A stretch of 64,000 bases of DNA from a virus (Duplodnaviria; Caudoviricetes), in the IMG/VR virus record IMGVR_UViG_3300046694_000619. One strand, 5' to 3'. The translations under genes were made by a program, and so were the position numbers. Numbering within the stretch: position 1 is the stretch's first letter; every line of letters starts with the position of its first letter. The notes beneath the pieces were generated by a model that made no database searches, was not told the origin of the DNA, and saw only the letters and a list, made by a program, of their open reading frames with translations. Positions 59,448-64,000 of this stretch are shown piece by piece.

Positions 59448-59528
59448 GTAACTCATTGATTTTGTTGGTGAGTTAAGTGTTAACACTTAGACGCGCGAAA
59501 ATATTTTCAACTTTTTTGAATTTGAGTG

Positions 59529-59556
59529 TTGACATGCAGGTTGGTGGTGCTATACT
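59529..59556 (+). promoter_or_regulatory. Sigma70 promoter of the tRNA array
   Basis: TTGACA, 16-nt spacer, TATACT with TGn extended -10; AT-rich upstream. Confidence 0.85.
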
Positions 59557-59632
59557 AGCTCACATGGTCCTCATAACCGAGGACTGAAACCAGCAGTAAA
59601 CCCAATTTACGAACATTTACGGAATCGAAATC

Positions 59633-59809
59633 ATGACACGCAGCCTCCGCCCAATCAACGCCGCCTCCACGCTTAATGCGTGGAATGGCGTTGTGCGCGT
59701 CGGATTCTCGCCGTCGAAAGATTGCGGTTTTAGCGCACTGAGCCTGGGCTTGGGTTATCAACCCGAGCATATTCAGGAACAGGTGCATTCCGGGAGGAAG
59801 GGCAGATAA
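59633..59809 (+). CDS. Putative attenuator leader peptide (58 aa)
   Basis: MTRSLRPINAASTLNAWNGVVRVGFSPSKDCGFSALSLGLGYQPEHIQEQVHSGRKGR*; lies between promoter and terminator; modest GGA RBS. Confidence 0.6.
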   Translation: MTRSLRPINAASTLNAWNGVVRVGFSPSKDCGFSALSLGLGYQPEHIQEQVHSGRKGR

Positions 59810-59837
59810 TATCGCCTAGACCTCAAGGTTCAAGACA

Positions 59838-59878
59838 GAACCCCCGGAATGCGCAAGCACCCGGGGGTTTTTGTTTTT
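59838..59878 (+). terminator. Intrinsic terminator (attenuator) upstream of the tRNA array
   Basis: aacccccgg-aatgcgcaagcac-ccgggggtt followed by tttgttttt. Confidence 0.88.
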
Positions 59879-59890
59879 AACCACCAAACA

Positions 59891-60075
59891 ACGTGCCAAA
59901 CGGAACGAGACCGTGGCCAGCACGATACCGGCAAAGCCGGATGGCAAATGGGCGGGGTCCCGGATTGAAACTGCGGAGGAAACGCAGGAGTAAAATGGGC
60001 ATGCGGAGGGACGACCTCCGCACTTTTTCAAGGGTCTTGTCGACTTGTTAACCCGAGTAGGGTCCTTGAAAAAGC
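59891..60075 (+). ncRNA. Candidate structured RNA between the attenuator and the first tRNA
   Basis: Several nested hairpins, no convincing ORF. Confidence 0.5.
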
Positions 60076-60126
60076 GATGACGCAGTCGCTTGATTGCGAA
60101 ATTTACGTTTTCATGTGATACATGAC

Positions 60127-60202
60127 GCCGGTTTAGCTCAGATGGAAGAGCTACTGTTTTGTAAACAGAGGGTCACGGGTTCGAATCCTGTAGCCGGCAC
60201 CA
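60127..60202 (+). tRNA. tRNA-Thr(UGU)
   Basis: Cloverleaf, loop TTTGTAA, CCA. Confidence 0.9.
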
Positions 60203-60213
60203 CCCATCACGCT

Positions 60214-60290
60214 CGGGGCATAGCGCAGTCTGGTAGCGCGTCTGCATGGGGTGCAGAAGGCCGCAGGTTCGAATCCTGCTGTCCCGACCA
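60214..60290 (+). tRNA. tRNA-Pro(GGG)
   Basis: Loop ATGGGGT, CCA. Confidence 0.92.
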
Positions 60291-60300
60291 ACGGTTCAAT

Positions 60301-60376
60301 GCGGGTGTAGCTCAGATGGTAGAGCAGAAGCCTTCCAAGCTTAGTGTCGCGAGTTCGATTCTCGTCGCCCGCTCCA
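60301..60376 (+). tRNA. tRNA-Gly(UCC)
   Basis: Loop CTTCCAA, U73, CCA. Confidence 0.92.
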
Positions 60377-60507
60377 GTTCCTTGTTGTCGCAGTCATGCG
60401 TTAAATGGCGTCTGCCGGTTGTCCTCTCTCCGGCGCGGTCACTGCGATAAGTGACGTGCTGGCAGGCAAGCTGCAAGCCGTGCTGACGGGAATCAGCGCG
60501 CAACGCT

Positions 60508-60591
60508 GCCCAGGTGGTGAAATGGAAGACACGCTGGTTTCAGAAGCCAGTGGCGAAAGCTGTGAGGGTTCGAGTCCCTCCCTGGGCACCA
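60508..60591 (+). tRNA. tRNA-Leu(CAG)
   Basis: Loop TTCAGAA, variable arm, CCA. Confidence 0.9.
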
Positions 60592-60644
60592 TTAGTACAA
60601 CTTACATGTAGTAGGTCGCAATCACTGCATGTTTTCGCTTCAAC

Positions 60645-60730
60645 GGGGATGTGGCTGAGTGGCCGAAGGCGGCGGACTGTAAATCCGTTCTGTAAAAAGC
60701 GCGATGGTTCGAATCCATCCGTCCCCACCA
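60645..60730 (+). tRNA. tRNA-Tyr(GUA)
   Basis: Loop CTGTAAA, variable arm, CCA. Confidence 0.9.
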
Positions 60731-60745
60731 CGATTTTTTTGCAAT

Positions 60746-60822
60746 GCCTAGGTAGCTCAGCATGGTAGAGCGCCGTCTTGATAAGGCGAGGGTCGCTGGT
60801 TCAAATCCAGCTCTAGGTACCA
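60746..60822 (+). tRNA. tRNA-Ile(GAU)
   Basis: Loop TTGATAA, CCA. Confidence 0.9.
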
Positions 60823-60832
60823 GTTTCACAAT

Positions 60833-60909
60833 TGGCCAGTAGCTCAGTTCGGTAGAGCGCTCCGCTGTTAACGGAAGGGTCACGGGTTCGAAGCCTGTCT
60901 GGCCAGCCA
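60833..60909 (+). tRNA. tRNA-Asn(GUU)
   Basis: Loop CTGTTAA, G73, CCA. Confidence 0.9.
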
Positions 60910-60918
60910 ATTTACGAT

Positions 60919-61004
60919 GCACGTGTGGCCGAGCGGTTGAAGGCACTGGGCTGCAAACCCAGCGATGAAACTCCACGCCAGTTCGAATCTGGCCACGTGC
61001 TCCA
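60919..61004 (+). tRNA. tRNA-Cys(GCA) with long variable region
   Basis: Loop CTGCAAA, U73, CCA, 86 nt. Confidence 0.85.
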
Positions 61005-61031
61005 GTCGCTGTTGCTAGTTGTACGAATAAT

Positions 61032-61117
61032 GCACGCGTAGCCAAGAGGTCGAAGGCACAGGTCCGCAAAACCTACGACGCAAGTCCACGTCAGTTCGAA
61101 TCTGACCGCGTGCTCCA
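61032..61117 (+). tRNA. tRNA-Cys(GCA) with C33 and long variable arm
   Basis: Loop CCGCAAA, U73, CCA, 86 nt. Confidence 0.8.
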
Positions 61118-61140
61118 GTAGTTCCTGAAGTTTGCTTTGC

Positions 61141-61214
61141 TCCGGTGTAGCTCAGTTCGGTAGAGCGCCTGGCTGTTAACCAGGATGTCGGTGGTTCGAA
61201 CCCACTCTCCGGAG
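61141..61214 (+). tRNA. tRNA-Asn(GUU), no encoded CCA
   Basis: Loop CTGTTAA; followed by CAA. Confidence 0.85.
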
Positions 61215-61231
61215 CAAAGCAAAGTTTCAAT

Positions 61232-61308
61232 GCTCGGATAGCTCAGTTTGGTAGAGCGCCGGCCCGATAAGCCGTAGGTCGCTGGTTCAAATCCAGCTCC
61301 GAGTACCA
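61232..61308 (+). tRNA. tRNA-Ile(GAU) with C33
   Basis: Loop CCGATAA, CCA. Confidence 0.82.
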
Positions 61309-61316
61309 AGTTTTCT

Positions 61317-61392
61317 GCGGGAATAGCTCAGTTGGTAGAGCGCAACCTTGCCAAGGTTGAGGTCGCGAGTTCGAGACTCGTTTCCCGCTCCA
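61317..61392 (+). tRNA. tRNA-Gly(GCC)
   Basis: Canonical sequence, loop TTGCCAA. Confidence 0.95.
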
Positions 61393-61403
61393 GGTTTGCC
61401 CTT

Positions 61404-61480
61404 GCAGGGGTAGCTCAGTTGGCTAGAGCATCTGCTTGCCATGCAGAAGGTCGCGAGTTCGAGTCTCGTTCCCTGCTCCA
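61404..61480 (+). tRNA. tRNA-Gly(GCC), second variant
   Basis: Loop TTGCCAT, CCA. Confidence 0.9.
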
Positions 61481-61488
61481 GTTTCATC

Positions 61489-61586
61489 GCCGAGATAGTC
61501 CGGTCGGTGCCGGTACGAATCCATAAGAGTTGTCGCTTGGTGACCCAGGCGCAGCCCACGCAGTTCGACTCTGCGTCTCGGCTCCA
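61489..61586 (+). tRNA. Atypical tRNA-like RNA (anticodon undetermined)
   Basis: Perfect acceptor stem, T-arm and CCA; weak anticodon arm; ~11-bp extra arm. Confidence 0.65.
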
Positions 61587-61595
61587 GCTTCATTT

Positions 61596-61672
61596 GCGGT
61601 AGTAGCTCAGCTGGTTAGAGCGCCGGCCTGTCGAGCCGGGGGTCACGGGTTCGAGTCCCGTCTGCCGCGCCA
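61596..61672 (+). tRNA. tRNA-Asp(GUC) with G37
   Basis: Loop CTGTCGA, G73, CCA. Confidence 0.9.
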
Positions 61673-61684
61673 GTTTCACCCGAT

Positions 61685-61760
61685 GTTCCGTTGGACTTTT
61701 GGTAAGGTCAGCAGGCTTTCAACCTGCGCAAGCTCGGTTCGAATCCGGCACGGAACTCCA
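61685..61760 (+). tRNA. tRNA-Glu(UUC)
   Basis: Loop CTTTCAA, CCA. Confidence 0.82.
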
Positions 61761-61769
61761 GATTACATT

Positions 61770-61845
61770 GCTCCGTTAACTCAGCGGCCAGAGTGCGTCC
61801 CTGTCCAGGACGAAGCCGAGGGTTCGACTCCCTCACGGGGCGCCA
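61770..61845 (+). tRNA. tRNA-Asp(GUC) with C37
   Basis: Loop CTGTCCA, G73, CCA. Confidence 0.85.
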
Positions 61846-61855
61846 GTTTCACAGC

Positions 61856-61931
61856 AGGGGGTAAATCGATTGGAGCAGATACTTGGCTTTGACCCAAGGT
61901 GAGTCGGGTTCGATTCCCACACCCCCTTCCA
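61856..61931 (+). tRNA. tRNA-Gln(UUG), divergent
   Basis: Loop CTTTGAC, CCA. Confidence 0.75.
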
Positions 61932-61943
61932 AAAAATCACAAC

Positions 61944-62019
61944 GTGCGCTTCGTCTAGTGGCCCAGGACCCCGTCTAACAAGGCGGGAGACACAGGTTCG
62001 AATCCTGTAGCGCGCTCCA
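61944..62019 (+). tRNA. tRNA with Glu-type body and 6-nt anticodon loop (TAACAA; AAC/Val?)
   Basis: D-arm TCGTCTAGTGGCCCAGGAC; stem CCGTC/GGCGG; CCA. Confidence 0.7.
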
Positions 62020-62039
62020 GTAACAACAAAGCACATTGC

Positions 62040-62112
62040 ATGACTGTGGCGCAATTGGCAGCGCAGCGGTCTCCAAAACCGAAGGTTGAGAGTTCGACCC
62101 TCTCCAGTCATG
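62040..62112 (+). tRNA. tRNA-Trp(CCA), no encoded CCA end
   Basis: Loop CTCCAAA; followed by CAA. Confidence 0.85.
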
Positions 62113-62131
62113 CAATGTGTTTTCCCCCTGT

Positions 62132-62208
62132 CTGGGCGTAATGTCAGTTGGTAGACGGCCGGCTTTGGAAGCCGGAGGCCGCAGGTTCGAGTCCTGTCGC
62201 CCAGACCA
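62132..62208 (+). tRNA. tRNA-Pro(UGG) with A37
   Basis: Loop TTTGGAA, CCA. Confidence 0.85.
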
Positions 62209-62220
62209 AATTTTTTCAAC

Positions 62221-62297
62221 ACTCGGGTCGTCTAGCTGGCCTAGGACACCGCCCTTTCAAGGCGGGCACGCGGGTTCGAATCCCGTCCCGAGTACCA
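62221..62297 (+). tRNA. tRNA-Glu(UUC)
   Basis: Loop CTTTCAA, CCA. Confidence 0.9.
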
Positions 62298-62313
62298 AAT
62301 TTCGAGGACAGTC

Positions 62314-62859
62314 ATGTTGACGTGCGTGAATTATAGGCCCGGCTTCGTGGCCAATCCGAATCCGATTTTCGATGCGCTGTGGTCCGAGCTGGACTGGGAG
62401 CGCAGAGGCTCGACGCCCAGGCGTGAGTATTACTGCAACGACGTCGGCGTGCCGTATGTCTATGGCCGCGGCGCCGGCGTACGGGAATACCTGCCCAAGG
62501 CCATGCATCCCGCCCTGGCTGCCCTGAAAGGCGAGACGGAAGCCGCACTGAGCACCAAGTTCGAAGTGGCCTTTCTGAACGGCTACGAGGACGCCCGCGA
62601 CAGCTTGGGCTGGCACGCGGATGACAGCGAGTCGATGGATGACAATCGTCCCATCGCCATCCTGACGCTGGGCGCGGAACGCGAAATCTGGTTCTGCCGC
62701 AACACCGACCGCTCCGACATCACGAAGCTGGTGCTGGGCAACGGCAGCCTGTGCGTCATGGCGCCGGGCATGCAAGATACCCACCTGCACAGAATCCCCA
62801 AGGCGGGGTTCGAGTGCGGCCCGCGTATCAGTATTACATTCAGGGGTTACGTAGCGTAG
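62314..62859 (+). CDS. AlkB-family 2OG-Fe(II) dioxygenase (ALKBH2/3-like)
   Basis: LNGY...DSLGWHADD (HxD), H.IPK, RISITFR; GAGGA RBS. Confidence 0.9.
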   Translation: MLTCVNYRPGFVANPNPIFDALWSELDWERRGSTPRREYYCNDVGVPYVYGRGAGVREYLPKAMHPALAALKGETEAALSTKFEVAFLNGYEDARDSLGWHADDSESMDDNRPIAILTLGAEREIWFCRNTDRSDITKLVLGNGSLCVMAPGMQDTHLHRIPKAGFECGPRISITFRGYVA

Positions 62860-62980
62860 TCCTGAAGGGGTTGCTTCATGCTGCCCTGGCGCCAGGTGTA
62901 GACCATCTGGCGCCGTCTCTACAAGTTGTCGTAGTGCCTATTGCATGGTATATTAAACTCCCCATCATAAGGAGTTTCCC

Positions 62981-63169
62981 ATGAATTACTCGACGGCTCT
63001 GTCGTTTGCTGTTCCGGTCTTGATGCTCATTGCAACCGTGAATCTGGTTGCGTACTGGGCTCGTAACGCAAAGAAGGTAGCTGACGCCCGGCTGCGTGCG
63101 CATTACGATGCGCACCCCGATAAGGCTGAAGCTCGTGCGCTGATGCGCGCAGCAGGCTACAACGTCTGA
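62981..63169 (+). CDS. Small membrane protein
   Basis: TAAGGAG RBS, one TM helix. Confidence 0.6.
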   Translation: MNYSTALSFAVPVLMLIATVNLVAYWARNAKKVADARLRAHYDAHPDKAEARALMRAAGYNV

Positions 63170-63227
63170 GCGTAACGCCGGCGTTGTGCTCCGTCCCAGG
63201 TCGGCCAACACCTGGAAAGAACACCTT

Positions 63228-63303
63228 GGGGGTGTAACTCAGTCGGTAGAGTGCCTGACTCTTAATCAGGAAGTCGCGAGTTCGAGCCTCGCCGCCCCCA
63301 CCA
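63228..63303 (+). tRNA. tRNA-Lys(CUU)
   Basis: Loop CTCTTAA, CCA. Confidence 0.92.
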
Positions 63304-63311
63304 CGATTACT

Positions 63312-63402
63312 GGAGAGCAAACCTGGCAGGGCTGGGCGCCGATTCGAAATCGGTTGGAGTGGCGAAAGCTGCTTGGGCTTCGAGTGCACCTGCTCTCCGC
63401 CA
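63312..63402 (+). tRNA. tRNA-Ser(CGA) with 8/4 fold (allo-tRNA-like)
   Basis: 8-bp acceptor GGAGAGCA/TGCTCTCC, short T-stem, long variable arm, G73, loop TTCGAAA. Confidence 0.78.
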
Positions 63403-63408
63403 GACAAT

Positions 63409-63486
63409 AGGACCGTAGCTCAGTTGGACCAGAGCGCCGCGCTACGAACGCGGAGGTCGGGGATTCGAATTCCTCCGGTCCTACCA
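63409..63486 (+). tRNA. tRNA-Arg(ACG)
   Basis: Loop CTACGAA, CCA. Confidence 0.9.
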
Positions 63487-63497
63487 TTTCATTTCTT

Positions 63498-63573
63498 GCC
63501 TCGGTAGCTCAGCTGGTAGAGCACTGCACTGAAGATGCAGGTGTCGCTGGTTCGATTCCAGCTCGAGGCACCA
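63498..63573 (+). tRNA. tRNA-Phe(GAA) with G37
   Basis: Loop CTGAAGA, CCA. Confidence 0.9.
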
Positions 63574-63584
63574 CCTTCCGGAGC

Positions 63585-63917
63585 TTGTCTATGGTCGCGT
63601 ATCCCGTGAACTACACAGACGAGCAGCTTGGAAAAGCCTACGCGGCCGGGATGCTGCGAAAGACCAAGCTTGAGGATGGCCGCTATTACAGAGGCGAATG
63701 TCGAAACGCGAGCGTCGCGCGCTGGTGCGCCGAACTGCAAGCATTCGTGCACTGGACCTTCACGATGGGCGGCTGGCATCTGGACCTCATCCATCATCCC
63801 GACGACGAGAAACGGTATGACGTGTTTCTCGCGTTCGAACGCGTTGAACCTTCCGCAGACGACGTCATCGCTGACGCCGAATACGAAGGGTTCGTCGCGA
63901 TGTATCGCAAACAATGA
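63585..63917 (+). CDS. Hypothetical protein inside the tRNA array
   Basis: 110-aa ORF filling the inter-tRNA gap; YY.G.CRNA..ARW. Confidence 0.6.
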   Translation: MSMVAYPVNYTDEQLGKAYAAGMLRKTKLEDGRYYRGECRNASVARWCAELQAFVHWTFTMGGWHLDLIHHPDDEKRYDVFLAFERVEPSADDVIADAEYEGFVAMYRKQ

Positions 63918-63928
63918 GACTGCAGCGG

Positions 63929-64000
63929 GGTGGCCGTCGCCAAGTGGTTAAGGCCCGCGGCTGTGACCCGCGCATGCATGGGTTCAAATCCCATCGGTCA
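63929..64000 (+). tRNA. tRNA-His(GUG), truncated by the window end
   Basis: Loop CTGTGAC, G-1. Confidence 0.85.

Noticed and set aside
59795-60003. Complete or permuted RNase P RNA (CCTAGA...GACAGAACCC resembles the rnpB 3' end)
   Set aside because: The P4 motifs GAGGAAAGTCC and CGGCTTA are absent, and the matching bases form the terminator stem. Only the S-domain-like resemblance is kept, at low confidence.
60094-62320. ORFs called across the tRNA array on both strands
   Set aside because: They are translations of tRNA genes.
63312-63402. selC (tRNA-Sec)
   Set aside because: It has an 8-bp acceptor stem, but the anticodon is CGA, not UCA, and no selAB genes were seen.
1-64000. Jumbo phage genome
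   Set aside because: A tRNA array, topoisomerase and RNase H would fit, but I recognised no virion, terminase or phage polymerase genes, while a T4CP and many Sec-secreted proteins are present. Not fully excluded from one window.

Overview
GC-rich window that looks like the accessory backbone of a large betaproteobacterial (Burkholderiaceae-like) conjugative megaplasmid or ICE. It has a TraD/TrwB-type coupling protein, its own topoisomerase IV (parE, parC) and RNase HI, and I recognised no phage structural genes. Contents: (i) a translation-rescue kit made of a circularly permuted (two-piece) tmRNA gene with its own promoter and terminator, smpB, and an array of at least 27 tRNA or tRNA-like genes (60127 to the window end) with an embedded AlkB-family dioxygenase; (ii) a LexA-boxed imuA-imuB-dnaE2 mutasome back-to-back with a Ku / HTH-TPR / LigD NHEJ operon; (iii) five paralogous secreted Ig-repeat proteins with a shared YYVVVP(V/A)P N-terminal motif and different C-terminal heads; (iv) a TerC/TelA/TerD/vWA stress cluster, redox genes and many hypothetical proteins. 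The top finding is the leader of the tRNA array. A sigma70 promoter is followed by an unannotated 58-codon ORF that uses 43 different codons and all 20 amino acids by codon 46. The ORF's 3' end is complementary to the 5' arm of an intrinsic terminator just downstream. This is the layout of a pan-codon translation-sensing attenuator that would switch on a back-up set of tRNAs, many with altered anticodon loops, when any tRNA fails. The function is inferred from sequence only and is untested.
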